Of a stretch of DNA of 64,000 bases, positions 24,870-39,040 are shown piece by piece. How positions within the stretch are numbered: position 1 is the first letter of the stretch; each line of letters opens with the position of its first letter. Source of the stretch: Paraphysomonas bandaiensis (Eukaryota > Protista > Chrysophyceae); contig CBFFRP010000362.1 of assembly GCA_965644295.1 (NCBI GenBank), positions 248,001 to 312,000 on the forward strand, in the 5' to 3' direction. A program made the position numbers and the translations under genes. The notes beneath the pieces were generated by a model that saw only the letters and a list, made by a program, of their open reading frames with translations, was not told the DNA's origin and did no database searches.

Positions 24870-25618
24870 CTATATATTGTACAGATCCACTTGGCATTGT
24901 GGACGTGCATAGACCACATATATATCATCGTAAGGATTATATCGTTAGCATAATATTGGCTTCGTCCATCCTCTACGTATAATATAACTAGGGGTTTAGT
25001 AATCGTGAATGTCTTTTGCACTTATTGAGTAAAGTATAATAAAAGCCCTACTTGGCGGACATCCACGAGGAATATGCGTTTTTTTTATATCGTAAAGTGT
25101 AAAGCAGCGCGCATCTAATCGGAGCAGTAAACTCTGGCAGAATGGGACAGTGGTATTAGGATAAATCCGAGGCCTGTATAATGCTCTAGCACACTTGTTG
25201 TAGTATTTCAATACAGTGATTCAGGAGAATTGTTTATTCATTTCCCTCCGAAGTTGTATTAATGTGAAAAATTTGTGAGACATGGATCCATATAATTCGA
25301 CGTCGTAAATAATTGGTTGTCATATTATAATATTGATAATAACATGATAAATACCAAATAGCACATTCATAACAATTTCTTTTTATGAAGTCATAAATAC
25401 TGTTAGTAATTACTGCATCACCAAGTGATTTGGTGTTACTGCTGTTTTGTGGTAATGTATTGTGATTTGCTATTATAATTGATTGTCTACGACCTATTGC
25501 TACGATATTACACAAAAATAAAGTATCATATGCAAATTAACTGTTATTATCACACCAAGTACAACAAAACATCAAATCTTTCAAAGAAGTAAGCTACATG
25601 CAGAAGTTGGATATATGA

Positions 25619-26153
25619 CTATTGCTTCTTTCTCTTCTTAGTTTTCTTCTTCTTGTGTTTCTCAAGAATTTCAAAGTTATACCCCGCCATAGAATCTTCG
25701 GCCTGTTTGCCATATCGCTTGCTTAGTTCTTCGGGTGTAAGGTCATCAATACTGGAAGGTCTGTATACTGTTGCGTCTCCAAATCCTTGCATTCTCATCT
25801 GCTCCAGTACCTGAAAAACAAAACATATTCAGCTGGACAAAGTATTCTAAACATACGGTTGATACCTCTTGAATATTCGCCTCATCCTGAGGTGTCTTTT
25901 TTGCAGATGATGTCTTTCGTTCCTTAGACTTCTGGTGCCGAGACACGGGGACGTGTTGATTTTCGAATAACTGATCTCCATAGTCGGATTTCTGTTCACA
26001 ATGTTCACAGTCAATGTTCCTTTCATCCAACATGCGGCGAATTTTCTTCAAGGATAATTTATCAATAGCTTCCCTTGTCATAGGTGCGGTAAAAGCACTT
26101 TCTTTGGCAAGTACCGATACGAGAATCACAAACACGCTGACCAGTCGATGCAT
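25619..26153 (-). CDS. Secreted/ER protein with ARMET-C (SAP-like CxxC) domain, 2 exons
   Basis: Signal peptide MHRLVSVFVILVSVLA; LSLKKIRRMLDERNIDCEHCEQKSDY; intron after NIQE; Lys-rich C-terminus ..KKRKKQ*. Confidence 0.75.
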
Positions 26154-26859
26154 GCTTAACAACTTCACTATGGAAATGAAAAGAGCCCCTCAAGTTTAGG
26201 AGATTAGAATAATAATAACCAGACTGTTTTTAATATTATAAGTACAGTCAGTTTCTCAACCAAATATGTGCCTTAGGTGTTCCACGAGTCTCTACTTTAA
26301 GCAGACCGACGGCCTGAGCTGTCCTCGGAGAACTGATGCTCCTCTCTATAGGAATTCCTACTCGACTCAATTTCCAATAGAGTTTTAGTAGAGCGAAAAC
26401 TAGAAAATGGGATTTTTATACAAATTATGGATTTCTCAGTAGCGTTGTCAATACAGTGTATAACATTACTGTAGGAGCTGTAGTTGCGGACAGTATTCGC
26501 TGTATTCAAGCAAAAAAACATATATTGAAATTTTGGGATGAAAATTTGTACGAGGAGTGCCCATACTACAGGGACTGTATTTCCGTATTCCGGGTATATA
26601 TGTGGTATACATATTCTGTATATTGTACTGCTGTATGTTATATATGAGGCGGACGCTTTCATATGATAAGGTAGGTACGACCTCTGCACACGCAACAGGA
26701 AGCCCATGCAGAGATTGATATACTTCCCACTCCATGTATATTTATTCCTTGACTGAGTGTAGTCACGAACCAACTTTATCTTTTGCTTATATGTAAAGTT
26801 GAGAGTCATATCAGAGTATTCGTTATAATTTACTTACAAGGAGTTTAAACTAGTTGACA

Positions 26860-29092
26860 ATGAGGCATTTATCTCTGATTCTCATTATTTTAATTCTGGG
26901 GGTGTTTGTTAATGATTTCCAGATCAATGGACAGCAAATAACTCTTCGTCATGGTGCTAAATGGGATATTGATACAGTACAGAGAGAGTTACAGGGGGAG
27001 GGTCCTGGAGGTGAAGGAGGCGACATGAACAACGGACCTGACGGAGACAACAAAGACAATGGCCCAGAGGATGGTAACAACAAAGACAACGGCCCAGAGG
27101 ATGGTAACAATGAGGGTGATAATAAAGACAACGGTCCAGAGGGTGATAATAAAGACAATGGTCCAGAGGATGGTAACAATGAGGGTGATAATAAAGACAA
27201 TGGTCCAGAGGATGGTAACAATGAGGGTGATAATAAGGATAATGGTCCAGAGGATGGTAACAATGAGGGTGATAATAAGGATAATGGTCCTGAGGATGGT
27301 AACAATGAGGGTGATAATAAGGATAATGGTCCTGAGGATGGTAACAATGAGGGTGATAATAAGGATAATGGTCCTGAGGATGGTGACAATGGTGATAATA
27401 AAGACAATGGTCCTGAGGATGGTAACAATGAGGGTGATAATAAGGATAATGGTCCTGAGGATGGAGACAATAAAGATGAACCTGAAGAACCAGAAGAACC
27501 AGAAAACCCAGATGATTGTGGACCTGATCACCACCATTGTGCCCCCACACCCCTGCCGTCCCCTTATCAAGCACATCCCAACTTCAATGTTCCAACTCCT
27601 CGCCCCACGCCTGCTCCTGGGAGCAGTGGATCTGGTAGTAGTGACTCAGCGGGACTTTTCAAAAGCCAAGATTATGTATGTAGCCCTACAACACTCGTTG
27701 CACAATGCATTAAATCGTCGTTTTATTGCTGGCCCGTCACAGCTTTCTATGTTTAAATAACGTCTTCATATACACCGTGCGTATGTACAGATGTGCCTTC
27801 TCGTACTCCATATGTTGATTCATCATTTTAATGCTAATGTACTATGTGATTTAGGCGCAGGACGCTGAGATCGGGATGGCACTTGGCACCGGGCTCGCTG
27901 TTTGTGCCCTATTATTCGGTACGCTGCCCATGCATATTAGTTTTCATAGCATATTCGCCCACTTCCTATTTGTATTGATACTGGCGTTGGACGAGTTATT
28001 TAATACTGCTCTTGTAGGTGCTGCTTATGTGGCGTACAAGGCGAAGACACATGTTACTGTAGCTAGGTATGTTTCTGCAATTAGCTTTTCGTGGTAGCTA
28101 TTATTTCACTCCTACTTACCATATTGTCAATATTTGTATGGAATTATTACTTCTGGTTGATATTGCATATTGTAACTTGGGTGGTATCGTGTAGACGAAT
28201 TAGGGAGCACATGTATGGAAACGGTCACTCGAGTGATGACCCTAGTGTTATCGAGATCGCGCTCGCGATGCTTGAAGGGGGAGACTTTAGAGGACAACAA
28301 AGAAGGGGACATGCATTCGATGTAAGTCTTGTTTGTATATTATATGTATAGTCCCTAATGTATGCGCTTATCGATAAGGCTTCAATGCACTCGACGGACG
28401 GACTTACAGACAGTTATGACAACAAGGTTGCTTTTGGAACTGCCATGGGTATGTATTTAAACTGTTCTTTTTTCAATCTTGATGAGTATGTTTATTGAGA
28501 TGAATATCTATAGATTAATGCTATTTTACTTTACGCTTGAGTACGATTATTTATGTTTCAGCACATGAATTGATGTTTATACGTTCCGAGACAGTAGTGT
28601 ATGGATGTGTGTACTGTTATATGGGTTGTCATTATATGTGTTAAATGTATGCTATGTAATCACTGCTTAATTCTGCTGTTTGCTCACAGACGTGTCTCTT
28701 CGGGATTCGCAGAGAGGCCCTGCTTATGGTCAGTCCAATGAACCGTCTAGATATATGCCTTCTACCTCCAAATTTCCCGTACCCTCTCCTCCTCCTGGCG
28801 CCCGTATGGGATCTTCGTCTCATGGAATGAATGTATCGGGACACGGAGGTGTGGGTATGGGTGCGTCCAGACACGGATATGATTCAGCCGAGAATCCAGT
28901 ACCTGCTGGGTTTGGAACAGGTACGTCCTGTTAACCTTTTAGTCTTATGTAACCATAGTTCAAGTGTTTCTTATGCTTGTGCATATACTCACATGTGTTG
29001 ACACTCATTTTATTGCAGTGAGGAAAACCAAAGTACCACCGATATCGCCATCCACTACATCCGGGTTTGAGCGCCCACCAGCAGATATATGA
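26860..29092 (+). CDS. Type I membrane protein with D/N/G/E-rich tandem repeats, multi-exon
   Basis: Signal peptide, repeat block, Pro/Thr linker (PTPRPTPAP), TM exon (GMALGTGLAVCALLF|GAAYVAY), then small cytoplasmic exons ending ..PPADI*. Downstream exon structure is approximate. Confidence 0.65.
27030..27478 (+). repeat. Coding 42-bp tandem repeat (DNGPEDGNNEGDNK) with shorter variants
   Basis: About 12 NGPE/NGPD units visible in the translation; unit GATAATGGTCCWGAGGATGGTAACAATGAGGGTGATAATAAG. Confidence 0.95.
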
Positions 29093-30200
29093 GGAAACTA
29101 GTTATTTGCAGTATATGATGTAGTGTTAGCCGTGTTTAGAGCGTGTTTCGGCTGGGTCTTAGGGGAATTGTAAGTGCAAGTACTATGCATATCGGTACTA
29201 TGGGCAGTATGAATGATGTTATGTAAGGAGCGTTGCTCTTTTGTAAAGTTGGAGTGAGTGCATGCTGCTGCCAACTATCCATATTCCATATTAGCTTTTA
29301 AATGAAGTATATTAATTAATATTAAATTTTGGAAGAATATACTTGTTTTTGTAGTTTGCAGCATGTGTAAGTTCTATTATTCTATTTTCTGACAAAGAGA
29401 TATTAGTTCTAGTAGTGCTTCACAGAAATCGTTGGTAGCAAAACAATATTATCCTAAACAATGAGTCACCCGTTTTGCATGCAGTTTTCGTTGTTAGTAA
29501 GGATAGATGTAAAGATGTACGTGGGGGAATAGCATGTGTGGTATTTAAATGATAAGATCACTCTTATTGGCCTTGACAATCACTAATGCCTTTACACTGC
29601 TTGCTGCACCATTAGCTCCTTATATAGCGTGTTTTTAGGTAATTAAGCAGCACAAGAAGTAATGTCCCTTATTCAAACACAGCTAAAAGTAAGCATCTTA
29701 TTGTATATGGAAGTGGTTATATGTGTAGCAATGATATGCATATCCACAGCAGAGGACATGATAGATATGGTCCAGTCTCATATACTCAGCATTGTACAGA
29801 GCATGCCGTGTAGAACCACACACACCATTCCTATAATTTTCCTGCATATATGCAAACAGTATGTACGTACAATACACAGTGAAAGAATCCCCAATATGGG
29901 ACAGGAAAAAGTAACGGGCAGATAACTTTCCTCTAAAATATACACATATCGGCATGTACAGCAGTATATGTATGTATAGTTATACAGTACTACAGTACAT
30001 ACTATACTGAGATCTGACCATTTGAATACCTAACGAACTCAGCTCACTTCACTTCGCTTATAACTGACTTCGTCTATATGTTCCCACTTAAGCAGTAAGT
30101 ACCTGCATCCTCATATAGCCGACGTACACTACTCTACTTAGAGATACTACAGCCCAGTGCTGTGTGTATATTCATAGTGTTATTACAGTATACATCTACA

Positions 30201-33200
30201 ATGAACACAAAGTCTTCTAATATTATATATCACGATACATCTGGATCAGAAACTATCCCTCGACCTTCTCAAGGGAAGAAACAAATAGGTCGTAAGAGTG
30301 ATACATCTTCTCTTATAGGGGGTATTGATGCAGGCGGTGATAAGTGGAAAACCACATATCAGCTACAAGGAGAAGTTCCTTCAGAGAAAACGAAACATTC
30401 ACATAAACGGAGGGTTGAGAACAAAGGCAAGGAATCATTTGAGTTTGGAACCACTCCAATTGAGCGGTTGAGAAAGCAGTTAGCATCAAGAGGGGCCACT
30501 GGGATATCAGGACTCGCTCGTCGGTTCAAATCAATGGACGATGATGGCAGCAGGTCTCTTTCTATGGCTGAATTCAACAAAGCAATCAAAGAATATCGTT
30601 TGGATTTTACAGAAGCAGAAATTGCTGAACTTTTTAACTTGTTTGACCGGGATAGAAGTGGAACTATTGGCTATGAAGAGTTCTTGCAAAAAATACGGGT
30701 GAGTGTGTTCAATGTACTATATTTGGTTTGACATCTATACAGGGCAGGCTAAACATGAGACGCAAAGAACTTGTTCATTTAGCTTTTAATAAAATTGATA
30801 AAGACGGAAGTGGAATTTTGGATATTGATGATATTATTGGCGTTTATGATGCCAGTAAGCACCCCGATGTCATATCAGGAAAGAGAAAACCAGAAGACGT
30901 ATTATCAGAGTTCCTGGAGACTTTCGATGTGGGCGGAGAGGTTGACGGAAAAGTCACACTCGATGAATTTGAAAACTACTATTCCAATATCAGTGCATCA
31001 ATCGATAGTGACGACTACTTCGAACTTATGATTCGAAATGCATGGCACATTAGTGGTGGAGAGGGGGTATGTGAGAATTCAGCGAATCGACGTGTTCTGG
31101 TCACTAGAGCAGATGGTACCCAGGCAGTCGAGGAGATAAAAGATGATCTTGGACTTAAGGCAGATGACAAGGAGGGGATGATGTCTCGATTGCGAGGACA
31201 GGGTGTCGATGTGGCTGCAGTTGATGTTCATTCAGGCGGGGAGAATGGAGTGGGAAAGGACAAGAAAATGAATCCGCGTAGGCGGCCTACAGGCAAGAAG
31301 GGCCTGAACAAGGGTTTCACTGGAGATACTGTTGCGTCTACATCGTATGGTATTAATTCAGGATATATTTCGAAAGGGAATGAAGTCAACTTAGGTCGCC
31401 CGGGAAGTGCTGGATACAAGACCTTGGCATCAGGTGTTTCAAGGTCAGTTTGAGAGGAATGACATATTTCGTTGTGCCATGTATGTTTGTTAGATGTAGT
31501 TAAAACGTAGTGACATGCCTTTTCCATCACAGGTCTATGGCACCTTCTAAATCCAGTGCTGTTGCAGCACCCACTGTGAATGCCAGTGATGCTATAACTG
31601 CACGTCATCCCGTGTTTTTGCAGCTCAAAGAACAATTAGCTTCTCGAGGCGCAGTAGGTATCGCTGGCCTTGGAAGGGCTTTCAAGCGAATGGATTTCGA
31701 CGGTAGCAAGTCGTTAAACTTTGAAGAGTTTGACCAGGCACTGAACGAAAGTGGATTGAAGTTGACACAGCCACAGAAAAGACAACTATTTGCCTTTTTT
31801 GATAAAGATCGCACGGGTTCTATTGGATACAATGAATTTATCACAGGGCTTAGAGTAAGTCGTTTGAAGATTTATCTAGACACTTTCCATATGTTATGTG
31901 TCACCATATTACACGTTTTAAAATATTATCAGAGCCTGGAGATAATGTCTTTGGTTTAGGGTACATTAAATGATCGTCGCAGAAAATTAGTGCATATGGC
32001 CTTTAAGAAGTTGGATAGAGATGGTAATGGCACAGTAGAAATTCAGGATGTTATCAGCATTTACGATGCCAGTAAGCATCCTGATGTCATATCAGGAAAA
32101 AGAACAAATAGTCAAGTGCTGATGGAATTTCTGGAGACTTTCGATGTGGGCGGAGAGGTTGACGGAAAAGTCACACTCGATGAATTTGAAAACTACTATT
32201 CCAATATCAGTGCATCAATCGATAGTGACGACTACTTTGAGCTTATGATTCGAAATGCATGGCACATTAGTGGTGGAAAGGGGGTATGTGAGAATTCAGC
32301 GAATCGACGTGTTCTGGTCACTAGAGCAGATGGTGCCCAGGCAGTCGAGGAGATAAAAGATGATCTTGGACTTAAGGCAGATGACAAGGAGGGGATGATG
32401 TCTCGATTGCGAGGACAGGGTGTAGATGCTTCCTCAATAGACTTAACATATGGTACAGATACGAGAAAGCCTCGTGCCGCTTCAGCTAGAGCTAGAGGTA
32501 GAGGTAGACAGGCGAACTCGAACCAGACGAATTCGATGCGCCATAAGGCACCTGCTGGTAGTGGGGTGCATCTCGCTCGTTCACTCTCTCGGCGTGCTAG
32601 TGAAGACCTTAGCACAGCGGAAAATTCCGAGACTAACAATGAAACGACGGGTGAAGTATTTGTTGGAATGACTCTACCGAATGGACTAGGTAGCAAATGT
32701 TCTGTAGTTTATATTAGGAATCTTTAACTTTTTTAACTTACGTAGTGGTAAAAGGAATAGATAAAAATGTCAAGCCCGAGAAGAAGATAAATCGACCGCC
32801 ACCCCCACCGTCATCATCTCCGTCTAAGAGAAGTGGAATGCATATGAGGTATTTTCTAATGTTTTGCTTCTGCACATATAGAATCAAATCTGTTTTGTAT
32901 AGTCATTTTTGTGTTTACCATGAAATGTATTACTGCATGCAGTCAATTTTGCTTTTTCATTATCATGTACATAGGAGGTCTAATATTAATGACGACGAGG
33001 AAGAACAAGGTAGATTATAGTATATGCATTCGGTTTATTGTTGCTCATATACTTCGCAGTTGAACCCGCGATTAGTGGGGGGGATTTGGAAACTTTGAAA
33101 GAACTAAAGATGCGGGCGTTTCGTCTATATGTTCGAAAGAATTACCAGGAGGCTGAGCGCTTATACCAGGAAGCTCTTGATTTGACACTTGCTTTAAATG

Positions 33201-33319
33201 GTAACAACATGGTAGATCCTGAGTATGTCAAGGGAAAAGAAAATGTTAATAAGTGCAGAGACAAAATGGGCATGAAGCCCTTAGGAGCTAGCGACGACGA
33301 AGAGGACTCTGTTTGGTAG
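30201..33319 (+). CDS. Calcyphosin-like multi-EF-hand protein with two tandem modules, multi-exon
   Basis: Two copies of LASRGA.GI.GL.R.FK.MD.DGS, FD.DR.G.I, AF.K.D.DG, YDASKHPDV, FENYYSNISASIDSDDYFELMIRNAW. A short TPR-like last exon is probably part of the same gene. Confidence 0.88.
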
Positions 33320-33649
33320 TTTTTAGCACCTTTATCTTATAGAATGTTGTAAATGTGTGACTGGCAATTCTGTTTTGTTATTTGATTTTCTATAGTTGGT
33401 ATTATTGTCAGGGTATTACTTTTCATTAGCAATTACATTGTTTGGCTAATTATTCTGAGGAAATACAAACACAATTGTTGGTATCTGGTATTGTACGTGT
33501 TATAGGTTAGCGTGTTTTACTTCAAAATATACTTACATGTGTGCCATATTAGTATATGTGCCTAATTTCAACAATTGCTCCAAATAGTATACGCACTGAA
33601 TCACTCACAACGCCGATATCCGTTGTAGTAGTATATATTTTATAAAAAT

Positions 33650-35329
33650 TTAGAGTAAAGCTTCGGTCAACAATTGGGAAGTGGGTTGAAAGGATTCTAC
33701 TTTAAGGCTATGTTGTCGTTTCTCAATGAACCACCATGTTGGTATGGATAATAATATGAATCCAATAGCCAGTAAGCTATACATAGGTGATACGATAATA
33801 CCATTGATAAAAATAAACACAGCTACTACAATAAGACTACATGGAACGAATGGGTAGCCAGGGACTTTAAATGGCCTTACAGCATCAGGTTCTTTCAAGC
33901 GTAGGTGCAGGAGAACAACCCCTATGAATGAATAATACATCCAACTTGCAGGCCCAAAGTATTGAAGGAGCGTTGAGTACGAAGATCCGGGAAGAAGAAT
34001 AAGAACGATAGCCCACAGAGATTGTATTAAAATAGCTACCCAAGGCACGGACGATGAGTTTAGTATTGAAAGGACATCTGTGTGACAACAAAATAAGTCA
34101 CTATACAGTTCACGTAAATAAAAGAAAACAAATGGCATGACTACCTGGAAACTGCCCAGCCCTAGATATTGCATAGAAGACTCTGCCACCTGTCATGATA
34201 GACCCGCTAGCTGTTGATGCTGCACACACTGCGACTCCAAGTGCAAAGAAACCGGCAAGTAATTTTCCAGACACCTCTTTCCCAAATGCAATGATAACAG
34301 AATCAACGTGCTCTAAGTCGTGTTCAGAAAGAGTAGAAAAAAAGGAAATATTTATAAGCAAGTACACAACAGATACAGCTGCCGTTCCCAATGTTATTAA
34401 CCACGGAAGGCGAGATTCAAAGTGGATTGTCTCTTCGGCTAAGAATACAATGTCTGCCCATCCTTCGTATGCCCACAGGCAAGCTATCATTGCACTTCCA
34501 ATTCCTCCAATGTCGGTGCCGCTAAAGGAATGGGATGCTGACATATTTTCCCTAACACAACTTACATTAGCTAAATAACATTGAAGCCGTATAGTGACGA
34601 CAATCGACATTGCAACAGACAGTATGTAACCAACCTGCCAGGCATCAAGTTTTCAGCCAAGTATACCGCAGCAGTGCCAATCACACAGAGCACGAGAGAT
34701 CCTTTGAAAACCATAACAGTCTGTACAGAGACTAAAATCAGTAAAAGATTTTATAAAGGCAGAGTACCTTTATTAGGCCAGATGACACTTTCACCCCAAG
34801 ACAGTTGAGTCCTGCTAAAAATATAATCAAAGCCACAGAGCATAGTTTCGACATTGTTTTATTGCTCTCAACATCTTCCAAATCCAAGAAAACAGCGACA
34901 ATATAATTTCCAAATACAACTGCTGTAATTGCTTGAAACCCTGGCTTGGCAATCCAAAAATAATACCATCCGAAAGTAAAGCTTGCATATGGTCCATATG
35001 CATGGGCGAAGAATTCATAATCACCACCTGAGGAGGGAATCATCGCTCCTAGTTCTGCATAACATAAGCTGGCAATAATAACAACACCCCCTATCAATAT
35101 ACGTTAACAGAGAGGAGTATACATGACAGTATAATCTGTATAAGTATTCACCTGATAGAGCCCATATGCATATAGCCGCCCCTGTCGAGCCACAGCGCTG
35201 TAGAGTCACACCAGGAGATGCGAACACGCCACTTCCAATCATGTTATTGATAATAACACACAGAGCATCTATGAATCCGAGGGATCTAGTTAGTTTATGG
35301 GGTTGTTTAATGTGTATGGAGAGATCCAT
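33650..35329 (-). CDS. APC-superfamily amino-acid permease (LAT/SLC7-like), multi-exon
   Basis: MIGSGVFASPG, CYAELGAMIPSSGGDY, LWAYEGW, GGRVFYAISRAG and RPFKVPGYP motifs; many hydrophobic segments. Confidence 0.92.
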
Positions 35330-35876
35330 TGAGTCTATTGGACTAAGGGGTTATTGAAGGTGTGTGCTGGGTCATGGTTAGGTATATCTTACTATACCCC
35401 ATCGCTCATCTCTACTATATATACATACATGTAGCCTATAGCATGTAGCATGTAGCATACATACATGTACCATGTAGCCTCTGCCTAGCACAGGAGTGCA
35501 GTGGACATATAGATCAACAAACACCAACACATATGTTCCGACAGTCAACCAATCAGATGTTACTTTCCCCCCGACATGATAGCTCATTTGCTGGTTAGCA
35601 GCCGAGTCAGCAGGTGGGCGTGGTATATATGTACACACAGTACAATATGCGGATAGAGTATACAGCAGTATACGGTATAGGTATACAGTTAGCTAGGTCT
35701 ACCATACCGCTGCTATGGACGTACACTTGGTCCAGTACCCCTCCAAGATCATGGCTGCATCTTCTGTCAGTCATCGTATAGATACACATACATGTGCTGT
35801 GCTCCACTGTGTATACGACAGGAGCGGTAGCCATATCCATCTATATATATATATGACACTATAGTGCCACAGGATT

Positions 35877-38800
35877 ATGATTCCATTCCTCTATTCCTCT
35901 ACCTCCACAGTTTGTTCATATCACTGTGTGGCGGATGAGCTGACAGGCCCTCTTAAACACATCGCCTGGAACCCCGTCTCAACCCTGTTAGTTACAGCCC
36001 TGTCCTGCCCTCTATACACTGCTATCACATCCCTCTTATATATCACTAGCTACATAATCACTGTCCCTGTCACTGTTCTTCTATCACTATCACTCCTTAT
36101 CATCACAGTTCGATCTATCGCTCTGTGTATTATGTTTCCGGGTAGCTTATATACAGTACACAGAGACATAGCTCGACAGTACTTAAGATACACTGCAACA
36201 CAATTAAATCGCATTGCATCATCTTCAAGCTCAATGGCTCTTGCACTTATCAGTTTAGCGCAAAGCGGTTCCATGCAAGATGATTGTGCTGCGAAGCTTG
36301 ATGAGGTGAATTGTATATGCAATCGCCAGTTACCGTGTATGCTAGAGGTACTGGGCGAGGGAATCGAGTATGCTGAAGGTGTAACTGCTACGGTACTACA
36401 ATTGTGTATAAAATGCGTTATTATGTAAGTGTGCTTTCTAAGGGTGGAAGTAATATCACCGACAACAATGTTCATGCACTTAAAGAGCTACATACATCGT
36501 GCACCTCTCTTTATTCTTCATTACTCAAACTTCTAGGCGTTTTATCTCCAGTTAGGAGCTCTGGAATGAATTTAAAGGATTTACTGGTGGTGTCTCATAA
36601 TGAGGTGGTAGAATTATGTAGGGTGTGTATAACTCAGGGAGGCGCAGTACACAGGTTTGTTTTGAATACCTCTGTGACGTAGTTGTCAGCTTAATGTTAT
36701 TCTTTCATATGTACTTTTTGTTCCTGAGTTTTGTAAAATACCACAGTATATTTTCTGGTGATAAATTAACACTGACTGAACTTTATTTGTTAATTGCAGC
36801 GCAACCGAGAAACTAAAACCGTCAGTGTATAATGCTTCTCCTACCAGACGCATTAGTGGGCCTAATGGAACAAAAGAAATCGCGACTATCAGTACTACCG
36901 CTAGCTATTTGATTTCTATCAAATCAGCTATCTTTAATCTTTTTCTTGGCCCTCAAGGTGTAGAGAAAACTTCGTTTCCTATGATGCGTTCTCAGATTCG
37001 TTTTAATCTTCCACTACCAACCTCCCGAGTTCGATCACTTCGGATACCTGGCCCTCACGGAAACGTAATTGACGGGATATATCTTTACGCGCAATCTGCT
37101 GCAGTTTGTACTGAGCCAACTGTCCTCTTCTGTCCTCCAAATGCAGGATTTTACGAGTGTTTTGCAATGGCACCACTAAAATCATCGTGGTTGGGATTTT
37201 ATATGCAGAGATTGGGTGAGTTCGTAGATAACCACCTATCTATTTATAGTGTATGCCGTACTAAAACTGCGCAACTGTAGGCATGAATGTATGCGTATTC
37301 AACTACAGAGGGTATGGAGATAGCTCTGGTGTACCAGACCCCAGTAGAATCAAAGCTGATGGTTTGGCGGTAGCTGAGTATATAAAGGAGGCCTTAAATG
37401 TAAAGTACTTATACTTGCACGGCGAAAGCATTGGCGGAATGGTCGCATGTCATATTGCGAGACGATGTGAATCTTCTGGTGAAATGTGTTAACATATTTC
37501 AGTGTGTTTGCAACATGCATCATTGTATTAGCTTTCCCGTCATCCTGATTTGTGTTTATTATTACAGCGTTAGTGTGTGACCGCACCTTTGTTTGTCTCG
37601 AGGCTGTAGCCCGACGCATGCTTGGCGATTGGGCTGGCGTAGGGCTGCGTATGTTTCAGTGGGACACTGATGTGTTAGACGACTACTTACACACAGATTG
37701 TTGCAAAATTGTTATACAGGTGGGCATAGAAATTTCTATATTGTTGTAAAATTATTGTACGCATTTGCTTTTTAAAACTTCTGCATTACTGCCAGGACCC
37801 TGGTGATGAAATTATATTCCATCCAGCATCTCTCGAAGTAGGAATAGCCTTTCGAGTGCTATTCGGCGACAGCAGCTGTGGTAGCATACCTGTTCTTAGT
37901 CGTGAGTATCGTGTGGCCAACGCACTTGGATTGCCAGTATCGATTTCAAACAGACGACGTCATGTACACCAATATGTCGAGAGCATTCTGAGTCAGCATC
38001 GAAGCAGGAATACGTTAGTACTAGAAGAGGGAAGGCATAAAGTGGATGTTGCTGGTGATAATTATTTTCGTTCTCACGCAAAGGACCCAGTGTATGCCAA
38101 TGGACTAAATGATGATACAGTGCTGTGTTGTACCGGGGGACAGCTTTTGTCAGAAGATTTCGTTGAACATTTTGCAGCGTGTTGCATGCATTTTTTCCAA
38201 CACGCATCTCCAGAAGCACATCGTTCAGTATCGCATGACCTCGTCGAAGAAGGTATCGTGAATGATGATGGTGTCTCGCCTGATTATTTTGCGCCGGTCC
38301 AATCATCGATATCATGCTCGCATCAAGAAAGTTCAAGGAAGCACGTATATAGTAGCACACAGACACAACCAAAGAATGAAGACGTCCAACCTTGTGTCAC
38401 CATGAACTCCAATAACAACTGGACAGAGGTAAGAGCGTATTGTTTTACGAGTACTTTTGATTCGAATGCTCTGATGATTGAGAAGGTTTGGGAAGTTATT
38501 GCACGTGTGGATGGCTGTTGTGGCCAGTCATTGGGTGAAGCTGTTGTGAAAGGCTTAGATGGAATTCGCGCCTGGGTGGCATGCTTCATTATATGGGGCG
38601 CACGAAGAGTGCCGCTTTATACATGCTTTCCATCCGTTGGTATCACCGTCCAAGAGTCAATACGGGACATCAATCGGCTTCTATATGAGATAGAGGATTC
38701 ACGCAAACAGCCTGGCTTCACTCTACAGTCCATATCATCTCTGAATGAGTGTATGGTGTTCATCTCCAAGGCATTTGAGGTTATACTAATTCGTCAACAG

Positions 38801-39040
38801 CAAATTGCTTCAGGATATATCCGAGTCCCGCAAATCAACGGTATGTCTGATCTTTCGACTGCTAAAGCGAAGGGTGCCGAGCGCGACACCGGATTAAGTA
38901 TTGGACACGTTATACCTGTTCATTGTGGACACAATGGATGGCCACATGACACAGAATTGAACATACTACTACATTATTTAGAAGAAGTTAAGGCAATTAA
39001 TAGCGAAAAAGGGTTTGAAGAAAGCAGAGTATGTGCATAG
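35877..39040 (+). CDS. Alpha/beta hydrolase (ABHD13/BEM46-like) with N-terminal TM region, multi-exon
   Basis: VLFCPPNAGFYE, VFNYRGYGDSSGVP, LHGESIGGMVA (nucleophile elbow), CDRTF, DPGDEII and HCGHN. Confidence 0.82.

Noticed and set aside
26245-26290. hAT-like terminal sequence (CAGTTTCTCAACC..GTGTTCCACGAG)
   Set aside because: No matching second terminus or TSD was found in the window; too short to support.
26949-27760. Long alternative-frame and antisense ORFs (PSSGPLSLL, HPQDHY, IILIIT, MVTMRV repeats)
   Set aside because: These are shadow frames of the 42-bp coding repeat. Only the frame with a signal peptide and downstream TM exon is coherent.
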